Shown one piece after another: positions 10,396 through 19,857 of a stretch of 19,857 nt of DNA. Positions within the stretch are counted from its first letter, which is position 1. The number at the start of each line of letters is the position of its first letter. The notes below the pieces were generated by a model. The model was not told the origin of the DNA, did not search any database, and saw only the letters and a list, made by a program, of their open reading frames with translations. The stretch is from Octopus sinensis (taxonomy: Eukaryota). Location: positions 1 to 19,857 of the forward strand of contig NW_021824098.1 in assembly GCF_006345805.1 (NCBI RefSeq), given 5' to 3'. The position numbers and the translations under genes are program-made.

Positions 10396-10899
10396 ATACA
10401 AGGGGTTTCATGACTAACAGGTTAATGTAGTGATAATATGTGTTTGTGTTTGTATGCGCGTGTGCGTGTGTTTGCGTCTGGTTCTCATCAAAACATGACT
10501 ATAATAACTCCAAGCCCAGTTGTTCAATAAAAACATGAACTCCACCAGATGTCGTTATATCACGTGTGTATGCAATAGGATACGGCAGATATCCTCTTCT
10601 CCCACAGGTTTCTCCTCGTTCCTTCTCGGAAACTGAGATAGGACTGTGTCGCCCTTTCCAAAGGTTGGCATATCCGGTTTTTTTTTGCACTACAATCAAT
10701 TTGATTGGCTACTCTGGAGCCCTTATAAATACTGAGCGAGCGTTTGTGGGGGTGATTCATCTATCTGGTCTGTGCCCTTGTGTAGGTGGATATCGTAGTT
10801 TGCCCCCCAGCCAGCTTTGTATAAAGGGAAGGTCCCGCTGTTTTTCATTTTGTAGCGTCAGGAAGGGCCTTACATCGCATGTTGCCGGCAGATATACTT

Positions 10900-10984
10900 A
10901 CACACACACACTCACATCTACACACACAAATGCATAGTTAGGTATTATATGTACACACACACACAATATATATATATATATATT

Positions 10985-11032
<48 letters not shown>

Positions 11033-11412
11033 ATATATAAGATATATACATGTAAAAATATCTGTATGTATATATAGCTATATACATACATACATATATA
11101 TATATAATTATATATAAATAGCTATATATATATATATATATATATAATATAAGCATATATTTATATACATCTGCATATTCACACACACACACACAGACAC
11201 GCACACGTATATATATGTATGTACGTACGTACATACGTACCTATGTGTGTGTATGTAAGTATGTCTGTGTATGTATGTGATTATGTATGAAGGTATGTAT
11301 GTGTGTATACGTGTGTATATAGTACGTATGTATGTATGTATGTATGTATGTATGTATGTATGTATGTATGTATGTATGTATGTATGTATGTGTGTATGTG
11401 TGTATGTAAGTA
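10900..11412. repeat. Compound (CA)/(TA)/(TATG)n microsatellite
   Basis: Directly visible. Confidence 0.95.
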
Positions 11413-11738
11413 TGGATCATATTTCTGTATTGATTAATTTCCTGTTATTGTTTACCCTCGCGTCATGTCAGCTGTTACTGAGCGGACACTAAACGGACCC
11501 CAAGATCAAAGACATTCCATTTGTGACTATCCCATACTACCATCTGTTTTGAGGGTTATCTAGGACTAAGTCTACGTGAACAAAAATTTATAGGATGACA
11601 GTAGTTTGTAACGTGTAGACGTTTTGCTGCTATTTCTAGCAGGCTGGATGCCAGACGACTCGTTTTCTTGGTTCCTGTTGTTTAACAGCTGAAGGTACTT
11701 GCCCTGATGTAGTTACTGCTGCTGATATTACTCTTGCA

Positions 11739-12153
11739 GGCGGTGAGCTGGCAGAAACGTTAGCACACCGGGAGAAATGTTTAGCGGTATTGCGTCTGTC
11801 GTTGCGTTCTGAGTTCAAATTCCGCCGAGGTCGACTTTGCCTTTCATCCTTTCGGGGTCGATAAATTAAGTACCAGTTACGCACTGGGGTCGATGTAATC
11901 GACTTAATACCTATGTCTGTCCTTGTTTGTCCCCACTGTGTTTATCCCCTTGTGGGTAGTAAAGTAATAGGTATCGCGTCTGTCATTGCGTTCTGAGTTC
12001 AAATTCCGCCGAGGTCGACTTTGCCTTTCAAACTTTCGGGGTCGATAAATTAAGTACTAGTTACGCACTGGGGTCGATGTAATCGACTTAATCCGTTTGT
12101 CTGTCCTTGTTTGTTATCTCTGTGTTTAGCCCCCTGTGGGCAATAAAGAAACA
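11739..12153 (+). mobile_element. tRNA-derived SINE family B, partial tandem dimer with 15-16 bp target-site duplication
   Basis: Head GGCGGTGAGCTGGCAGAAACGTTAG, B-box-like GAGTTCAAATTCC, Meta-like GCCTTTCATCCTTTCGGGGTCGATAAATTAAGTACCAG. 184-bp unit at 11786-11969 and 11970-12153. GATATTACTCTTGCAG flanks at 11724-11739 and 12154-12169. Confidence 0.92.
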
Positions 12154-12170
12154 GATATTACTCTTGCAGT

Positions 12171-12225
12171 TACCACCACCAGCACCACTACTACTGCTAC
12201 TACTACTACTACAACTACTACTATT

Positions 12226-12263
<38 letters not shown>

Positions 12264-12303
12264 GCTGCTGCTGCTGTTGCTGCTGTTGCTCCTGCTGCTG
12301 CCA

Positions 12304-12362
<59 letters not shown>

Positions 12363-12369
12363 ACTGCTA

Positions 12370-12401
<32 letters not shown>

Positions 12402-12426
12402 GCTGCTGCTGTTGCTCCTGCTGCTG

Positions 12427-12470
<44 letters not shown>

Positions 12471-12555
12471 GCTGCTGCTGTTGCTCCTGCTGCTGCTGCT
12501 GATACTACTACTACTACTACTACTACTGCTGCTGCTGCTACCCCTACTACTAGTA

Positions 12556-12588
<33 letters not shown>

Positions 12589-12657
12589 TTGCTGTTGCTA
12601 CTGCTGCTGCTAGTGCTGCTCCTGCTGCTGCTACTACTAATACTATCACTACTGCCG

Positions 12658-12695
<38 letters not shown>

Positions 12696-12735
12696 GATGC
12701 TGCTGCTGCTGCTGCAGCTTCTGTTGCTCATGTTG
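12171..12735. repeat. Compound (CTA)n/(CTG)n trinucleotide array
   Basis: Directly visible; produces the poly-S/L/Y/C/V ORFs. Confidence 0.95.
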
Positions 12736-12770
12736 CTGCGCCTATAAATTTATACATACATAAATTTATA

Positions 12771-13186
12771 GGCGCAGAATAGGCTGTGTGGTAGGTACTT
12801 GCTTACCAGCCAGATGGTTCCAGGTTCAGTCCCACTGCATGGAACCTTGGGCAAGCGTCTTCTTCTATAGCCTCGGGTCGACCAAAGCCTTGTGAGTGGA
12901 TTTGGTAGACAGGAACCGAAAGAAGCCCGTCGTGTATATACACATGTGTGTATGTGCGTGTGTGTGAGTGTGTGTGTGTGTGTGTGTTTGTCCCCCAACA
13001 TCGCTTGACAACCGATGCTAGTGTTTTTACGTCTCCGCAACTTAGCGGTTGGCATAAAAGACCGATAAAATAAGTACTAGGCTTACAATGAATAAGTCCT
13101 GGGTTCGATTTGTTCTACGAAAAAGGCAGTGCTCCAGCATGGACGCAGTCAAAATGACAGAAACAAATAAAAGAATAAAAGAATAT
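12771..13186 (+). mobile_element. SINE family A, full length
   Basis: Colinear with other copies; tail AAATAAAAGAATAAAAGAATA. Confidence 0.9.
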
Positions 13187-13240
13187 ATTTACTTACATTA
13201 TATATGGATAAAATCATACATCCACACATATATATATATA

Positions 13241-13315
13241 GACACACTTGCCCAAGGTTTTACGCAATGGGACTGAAACCGGAACCCCGTGATTCAGAAA
13301 CAAACTTCTTACCAC
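13241..13315 (-). mobile_element. SINE family A 5' fragment
   Basis: GACACACTTGCCCAAGG...GGGACTGAAACCGGAACC...CTTCTTACCAC. Confidence 0.8.
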
Positions 13316-13321
13316 CCCTGT

Positions 13322-13367
<46 letters not shown>

Positions 13368-13673
13368 TTCTCCTGACTCCACTCTGCTGCAGTTCGAACC
13401 AAGACTGCAGTCTAAGAATAACATGTCGGTTGTAGATTCTTCTTCTTCCCTCAACCCATTCCTCATTCATCTGTCACAATGGCTTTGCAAAGAACTCGAT
13501 CAGTGTTTGGCCTGTCACCTTTAAAACAAACCATCGAATTCTTTTCTTTTTCTTTTTTTTTTTTCTATTTTGAATATTTTGTTTATGCCGGACAGAGAAA
13601 GACAGAGGGGAATGGGGGAGAGAGAAAGAGAGAAAGAAGAGGGGGAGAAGGAGAGGAAGAAGAGAGAGAGAGT

Positions 13674-13706
<33 letters not shown>

Positions 13707-13729
13707 GTGACCAGACAGATGGACAGATA

Positions 13730-13889
13730 GGCGTAAGCGTGGCTCTGTGGTAAGAAGTCTGCTTCACAACCACATGGTTCCGGGTTCAGTCTCACTGCGC
13801 GTCACCTTCGCCAAATGTTTTCTACTACATGGGTGAACTAAAACCTACTGAGTGGATTTGATAGATGGAAACTGAGAGAAGCCCGTCGG
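13730..13889 (+). mobile_element. SINE family A 5' half
   Basis: GGCGTAAGCGTGGCTCTGTGGTAAGAAG...GGAAACTGAGAGAAGCCCGTCG, followed by ATGT/ATAG/ATAC tracts to ~14095. Confidence 0.88.
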
Positions 13890-14129
13890 ATATCTTTGTG
13901 TGTATGTATGTATGGCCCTGGATACATAGATAGATAGATAAATAGATAAATAGATAGACAGATAAATAGATACATACATACATGCCTGCATACATACATA
14001 TATACATATATACATGCATGCAAGCATACATACATACATACATACATACATACATACATACATACATACATACATACATACATACATACATACATAGAAG
14101 ATCGGCAACTAGGGAAGTCACTCTGAACG

Positions 14130-14226
14130 CCATGTGCTAGGGGGCGCCAAGGAGGGTGTGACAAAGACAAGGAAATTTCCACAACCGCCAGCTTGTACAC
14201 GCCGAAGTTCAGCTTGTCCGGCCCTG
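14130..14226 (-). mobile_element. Possible hAT-type DNA transposon terminus
   Basis: Minus strand begins CAGGGCCGG and contains TGGCGCCCCCT, a pattern typical of hAT MITE ends. No partner end found. Confidence 0.3.
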
Positions 14227-14550
14227 GATAGACAGAGAGATCGATCGATCGATCGATAGATAGATAGATAGATAGATAGATAGAGATAGAGAGAGAGACT
14301 GAGAGAGGAGGGGCAGGAAATATGGCAGGCTAACTTCTTAGAAAATCCTCGTTCAGTAAATAGAAAGAAAGTTTTTTGTTATGGATCACACCCACTATTT
14401 ACTTCAAAATTATTTACATGTGCAACGTAACTGTTTCTTTTGCAGGTCACACAAATTGGCAGCAGAATTTATGCTCACTTTATTAAAGGAATTTTAAATG
14501 TAGCTGGCAGAATCGTTAGCGAGCCTAGAAGAAAAAAAGGGAATGTTCAA

Positions 14551-15166
14551 CCCTTTTGTCACCATATTTCTGTTGAGATGCTCTGTGTTACTTTCGACTA
14601 ATCTTTATATATAAAAGTAAGGTTGTGTGTCTGTCTCCTACGATTTAGATTCCTAACTACTCCCACATTTTGCGGTGCAGTTTAACCAAAACCGGGTATC
14701 TTATAGTCGTGATTCATATCGAGCCCTTCTGGGTATTAGCGCGCGTCTACGATGAGTCTACGATTTTAAAAATAATTTACCATCATTTTTTTCCATTTTA
14801 ATGCATTTTTTCGCTATTATATAAGGGAAGTAACTCTCTAAAAATGTCTACGATGAGTCAACGATTTAAATTAAAATTTACCATCATGTTTTTCCATTTT
14901 AATGCATTTGTTTGCTATTTTTTGGCTATAACTCTCTAAAAATGCTTTATAGTTATTTCCCTTACAAACCCGAGCAACGCCGGGCGATACTGCTAGTTTT
15001 AGATATAACAAAGAATTTAGTGAAATTATTTAGTTGTCATTACGCTAGTGTTAGGAACATAAATCATGTTCAAGGTTTGTGGAAGATTTTAATTCAGAAC
15101 TTATGAAAACAAGACATTTGTAATACAGAGCCAGAGCTGGTTTCAGCCGGATTGGTATCGAAAGTG
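14551..15166. mobile_element. piggyBac-like (TTAA) MITE interrupted by a Helitron
   Basis: TCAA|CCCTTTTGTCACCA ... TGGTATCGAAAGTG|TTAA: imperfect 14-bp TIRs (10/14) with TTAA-like flanks; ~220 bp once the insert is removed. Confidence 0.6.
14602..14996 (+). mobile_element. Non-autonomous Helitron
   Basis: 5' TC after host A14601, 3' CTAG before host T14997, subterminal GC hairpin CCCG-A-GC-AAC-GC-CGGG (14969-14984), no TSD, internal ~100-bp tandem repeat (14745-14845 / 14846-14943). Confidence 0.88.
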
Positions 15167-15563
15167 TTAATCAAAATATACTAAGATATATTTCTTTTAC
15201 TACCCACAAGGGGCTGAACATAGAGGAACAAACAAAGACAGACAAAGGGATTAAGTCGATTATATCGACCCCAGTGCGTAACTGGTACTTATTTAATTGA
15301 CCCCGAAATGATGAAAGGCAAAGTCGACCTCGGCGGAATTTGAGCTCAGAACGTAACAGCAGACGAAATACCGTCACGTTCTCAGTTCAAGTTCCGCCGT
15401 GGTCGACTTTGCCTTTCATCCTTTCGGGGTCGATAAATTAAGTTCCAGTTACGCACTTGGGTCGATGTAATCGACTTAATCCCTTTGTCTGTCCTTGTTT
15501 GTCCCCTCTATGTTTAGCCCCTTGTGGGTAGTAAAGAAATATATCTTAGTATATTTTGATTAA
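15167..15563. repeat. ~400-bp palindrome of two head-to-head SINE family B bodies plus inverted flank
   Basis: Arms 15167-~15359 (SINE on minus) and ~15371-15563 (SINE on plus); outer TTAATCAAAATATACTAAGATATATTTC is perfectly inverted. Confidence 0.92.
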
Positions 15564-15656
15564 GATAGCAAGAAAATCATTTGCTGTTCTTTTCCCAAGT
15601 TCTCTGTTTTCTGAGTTCGAATCCTGTCAAGGTAAACTTTACTTTTCATCTCCCAA

Positions 15657-15702
15657 GAGCGGTAGTTCTCAACCGGGGTCCACATGACCTTCGTGGGTCC
15701 AT
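15657..15702 (+). mobile_element. hAT/Charlie-like terminal remnant
   Basis: CGGTAGTTCTCAACCGGGGTCC resembles the CAGTGGTTCTCAAC TIR pattern. Confidence 0.4.
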
Positions 15703-15704
15703 GT

Positions 15705-15935
15705 CACTGGAACTCCGTCAGTTACCACGACGAGTGTTACAGTTGATCCGTCAAAGGAATAATCTCCTAGTGAAATTGACGTGCAAGTTGCCGAGTATTC
15801 CACAGACATGCGTACCCTAAGGTAGCTCACAGGGAGATTCAGCGTGACACCGGATGCGATATGGTTAACTTTTTGGAATACAGGACTGGAGCAACAAAAA
15901 CTGAAGAGTCTTGCTCAAGGTAAAAACGCGTCGTC
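15705..15935 (-). mobile_element. Old CORE-like SINE fragment
   Basis: Minus strand contains CCTTGAGCAAGACTCTTCAG...TTGCTCCAGTC, similar to the CORE-like segment of 9574-9799. Confidence 0.5.
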
Positions 15936-15938
15936 GAG

Positions 15939-15955
15939 AATTATTATTATTATTA

Positions 15956-16001
<46 letters not shown>

Positions 16002-16005
16002 GTTA

Positions 16006-16062
<57 letters not shown>
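15939..16062. repeat. (TTA)n microsatellite
   Basis: Directly visible. Confidence 0.95.
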
Positions 16063-16063
<1 letters not shown>

Positions 16064-16287
16064 GGCGGTGAGTGGTAGAATCGTTGGCATTCCGGACAAA
16101 ATGCTTTGTAACGTTTCATCCGTCTTTACGTTCTGAGTTCATATCCCACCGAGGTTGTCTTTCTTCTTTCGCAGTTGATAAAATAAGTGCCAGTCTAACT
16201 CTGGGGTCGATGTAATTGATTTAACACCCACCTCGCAATTGCCTGCCATGAACCAAAATTTGAAATGACAATTATTATTATTATTAT
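16064..16287 (+). mobile_element. Diverged SINE family B relative with a different 3' tail
   Basis: GGCGGTGAG...TACGTTCTGAGTTCA...GATAAAATAAGTGCCAGT...CTGGGGTCGATGTAAT, then CCAAAATTTGAAA and (ATT)n. Confidence 0.8.
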
Positions 16288-16748
16288 AGAACATGTTAAT
16301 GTCGGACCCAAATGTATGGAGGTGACCTGCATCTGATATGAAAATATGCGAAACGGTGGTAAAAGCCAAAATTGACCTGGAAAGTCGGTGAAGCGCCACA
16401 CCTGGAGAGGTAGGTTGAACCCCAACCTTTCAAATTTGAAGTTGTGGTGTAATTTTCTCCAACTTAAAGGTCCCAAAAATAGCACAGAATTAACCAAAGA
16501 ATTCCTCAAAAGGTAGAAAATCCAAATACCCAAATGCTGTCGGGTTCAGCGCAGTCTCGACACATGGAACTAATAAATAAATAAATAAACCAATAAATAA
16601 ATAAATTAATTAAATAAAAAATAAAAGTAAATAAAATAAAAAGGAAACAAAGTGAAAATAAAATATCAGCGGAGGAGGAAAAGAAATGAAAGATGTATTG
16701 CAAACTGTTTGAATTATGCAATTATGTTCAATTATATAATAATATAAA

Positions 16749-16798
<50 letters not shown>

Positions 16799-16830
16799 TT
16801 TATACACACGTATATGTACAAACTTACATC

Positions 16831-16870
<40 letters not shown>

Positions 16871-17126
16871 AACACGGAGTAGACGAAGCAGGGGCAGCTG
16901 AAGAAGGGTAATATTCCTTGTGTTGTATGTCTTGTACTCTACTTTTTCGTTGTTTGTAAAAACTCCGTTTCCATGGTTTTGTTTTTATGTTTTTATATTT
17001 TCGTTTCTCATTGTGTTCTACGATTTTTCTTTTGGTGTCCTGTACCCATACATGCATGTATATATAGATATAGATGTAGGTATGTACATATATGTATGTA
17101 TGCATATGATTTATTTATCATTTTGT

Positions 17127-17155
<29 letters not shown>

Positions 17156-17157
<2 letters not shown>

Positions 17158-18047
17158 AAGTCTGATCAATAAATATCCGAACTGTTACCATAGAAACGAA
17201 GCTTAAACACGCAGAGTGAAGCCGCAAGGCAAAGACTGACCTTGAAATCTGCTGTGCATACACACTCATTATTAACGTTCTAGCGCACTTTCGCTGCTTA
17301 CACCTGTGCCTGGCAGGAAGGTGTACAGCGTGTGATCGTTGCATTGACCATGACAGAGAAAGTTGTCATGGCGATAGCTGCTCAGAGGCCTACGCAAAGT
17401 TACAGAAAGTGTATGGAGCGGTGTGTTTGAGGCGCACAGAAGTGTACAAGTGGTTCAGATGTTTCCAAGATGGCCGAAAAATGTGGATACTGACGAACGT
17501 TCTGAGAGTCCCGCAACCAGCAGACTTGAGAAAAACATCGCAGATGTGCGTGCAGCTGTGAGGAGAGATCGTCGAATCACCATCAGTGAGTTATCAAGGG
17601 ATGTGCAGATTAGTTACGGTCCAGTTCAGTTCATTATCACAGAAGATTTGGGTATGAGACGCATGTCTACCAAGCTCGTGCCAAAACTGCTTTCAGCTGA
17701 ACAAAAGGACGCTCCTGTTTCAGTAGCACAAGATCTCTTTGAATGTGTCAAGAACGATGAAAACTTTTCGAAAACTTTTCGTAGGCCTCTGAGCAGATAT
17801 CTCCAAGCTTTTGCCAAAATTTGATGCAGATTCTCTGCTCAACTCTCTCTGCCATGGTCAATGCGACGATCACACGCTACATATCTTCCTTCCAAGCAGC
17901 GCTGTAAAGAGAGGAAGTGAGCTAGAACGTTAAACTTTAGTGCGCATGCACAGCAGAGTTCAAGGCCAATCAGTGGCAAGCGGCTTCACTCTGCGTGCTT
18001 TAGCTTCGTTACTATAGCAACAGTCGGATACATACTGATTAGACCAC

Positions 18048-18048
<1 letters not shown>
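17156..18048 (+). mobile_element. Non-autonomous mariner derivative with ~250-280 bp inverted arms, TA-flanked
   Basis: TA|TGAAGTCTGATCAATAAATATCCG ... CGGATACATACTGATTAGACCACG|TA. Inverted similarity extends 17156-17401 versus 17773-18048; inserted in (TA)n. Confidence 0.92.
17350..17770 (+). pseudogene. Mariner transposase N-terminal remnant (HTH region), frameshifted, no DDD domain
   Basis: VYKWFRCFQDGR (frameshift) DERSESPATS...DRRITISELS...ISYG...EDLGMRRMSTKLVPKLLSAEQK. LVPKLL corresponds to the mariner WVPHEL linker; the sequence stops before the catalytic domain. Confidence 0.9.
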
Positions 18049-18092
<44 letters not shown>

Positions 18093-18399
18093 GTGTATGT
18101 ATATATATATAATGGGGGTGGGTGGAGGCGATGTGTGTGTGTGTATTTATATGTATGTATGTATGCGTCCGTGATTTGTGGCGTGTGTACGTGACAAGAG
18201 AGTGTGTGTGGTTTTCGTTAAGACCAGCTGTATTCACACCCTATTATAATGTAGGTTAGTTATTGAAATGGCCATAGAAAATGGAGTTTAGAAAATATAA
18301 AAGGATTTACCGACTATTGTTCTTGGCCTATTATCACCGAAAATGTATGTAATAGCACAAACACTGACGCTCTACGTGTGCTTGTGTATGAGTCTGTGA

Positions 18400-18447
18400 A
18401 TGTATGTATGTGTATGTAATGTATAATATCTATATAATATATATATC

Positions 18448-18513
<66 letters not shown>

Positions 18514-18661
18514 TATATATACATATTGCATGTATATATATATATATATATCTATATATATATAACAATAACACACTAAACATATAAATCTATACAAGAG
18601 ACAACATGCACGTATATAACACATACAAGCATATGTATATGCATATATATATATATATATA
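18400..18661. repeat. (TA)n-rich microsatellite
   Basis: Directly visible. Confidence 0.9.
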
Positions 18662-18831
18662 TTCTTTCATTTGTTTATTTGTTTCAGTCATTGACTGCGG
18701 CCATGCTGGACCACCGCCTTTAGTCGAACAAATCGACCCCAAGACTTAATCTATCGCTCTTTTGCCGAACCGCTAAGTTTCGGGGGGCATAATTGGTTGT
18801 CAAGCGATGGTGGGGGTAAAAAACACAGACA

Positions 18832-18865
<34 letters not shown>

Positions 18866-19038
18866 TATATATATATATACACACAACGGGATTCTTTCAC
18901 CCTCTGTCTACCAGGTCCACTCACAAGGCTCTGGTCGGCCTGTGGCTATAGTAGAAAACGCTTGCTCAAGTGGGACTGAACCTGGAACCATGTCTGTTGG
19001 GAAGCAAGCTTTTTACCACACAGCCACTCTTGCGCCTG
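18662..19038 (-). mobile_element. SINE family A, near full length with deletions
   Basis: GTTTCAGTCATTGACTGCGGCCATGCTGGA...GGGACTGAACCTGGAACCATG...TTACCACACAGCCACTCTTGCGCC. Confidence 0.88.
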
Positions 19039-19087
19039 TGTATAATTATATATACATATATGTATATATGTATAAAACTATATATAC

Positions 19088-19156
<69 letters not shown>

Positions 19157-19382
19157 ATATATATAATTATATATAATTATATGGTATATATATATATTAT
19201 ATAATATTAACATATATATATATAGATAGTATATATGCCATATACACATAATTAAGGGATCCGTGAAGTAGAAACAGTACTGCGCTCTCCATTATTTTAA
19301 TTATTTATATAATTTATATATATTTATTTTATTATAAAAGCAAAACATCACCTTAGAGGAATTAACATAAGCTTAAATAATA

Positions 19383-19422
19383 AACCGCGATAGGTGAACC
19401 GCGATATGGCGAGGGATTACTT
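19383..19422 (+). mobile_element. pogo/Tigger-like right terminus
   Basis: AACCGCGATA twice (19383, 19397), then GCGAGGGATTACTT|TA, resembling the reverse complement of a CAGTAATCCCTCG TIR plus TA. Confidence 0.55.
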
Positions 19423-19475
19423 TATACAGATATACACACAAATTGACATGCACGTATTTATATATATTTATATGT

Positions 19476-19748
19476 ATAGTTTGATTCCCGCTCCCATGTT
19501 TCCTGGTTCAGTCCTACTGCGTGGCACCATGGGCAACTGTCTTCTAAGATTCACGGCATCTTTAGCTTTGTGAGTGGATTTTGTTGACGGAAACTGAAAG
19601 AAGCCTGTCGATGCGGATTTCCTGACGTAGATCCACTGAAAATTATACCGTAAATGTAGTTAACATTAGGTAGCCCAAACCGTGTATGTTCTTTAATCAA
19701 CATACTTATGGACATATAGCTAAAGTCCAAATAGTTACACACACACCG

Positions 19749-19792
<44 letters not shown>

Positions 19793-19857
19793 ACACACAC
19801 CTGTGCGTGTATCTTTCTGTCTGTTTGTCTCACACCACCGCTTGACAATCGGTGTTG
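19476..19857 (+). mobile_element. SINE family A, interrupted at its internal microsatellite position and running off the window end
   Basis: 5' half 19476-19610, ~130 bp unrelated sequence and (CA)n, then TGTTTGTCTCACACCACCGCTTGACAATCGGTGTTG. Confidence 0.8.

Noticed and set aside
12107-12747. 200-aa poly-Ser, poly-Leu and poly-Tyr/Cys ORFs
   Set aside because: Triplet array open in several frames on both strands; no splice or domain evidence.
14135-14149. CTCF-like motif GTGCTAGGGGGCGC
   Set aside because: Lacks the leading CC and is better explained as part of a hAT-like terminus.
16336-16375. GCAT...ATGC-GAAAC-GGTG-GTA hammerhead-like 3' half
   Set aside because: No CUGANGA precedes the stem.

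Overview
AT-rich eukaryotic non-coding DNA (intronic or intergenic), saturated with microsatellites and transposable-element remnants. The repeat repertoire (tRNA-derived SINEs with CORE-like and Meta-like domains, very dense TA/CA/GA/ATAC/ATAG/AAT tracts) suggests an octopus or other coleoid cephalopod; this is inference from pattern recognition, not a database result. No intact protein-coding gene is supported, and almost all supplied ORFs are translated microsatellites. Real coding remnants are a 3' fragment of an RTE-clade LINE (minus, ~9800-10128) and a deleted mariner transposase (17156-18048). Other elements: about 13 copies or fragments of one SINE family (A), several of a second (B), a non-autonomous Helitron nested in a TTAA/piggyBac-like MITE, and hAT and Tigger termini. 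The most interesting signals are (i) minimal type I hammerhead-ribozyme motifs of the Penelope-like-element kind, including a head-to-head pair forming a ~150-nt hairpin at 8718-8866, and (ii) repeated fold-back or tandem rearrangements of elements, including SINE-B copies that restart at the same internal GGTAT position in both a TSD-flanked dimer and a ~400-bp palindrome.
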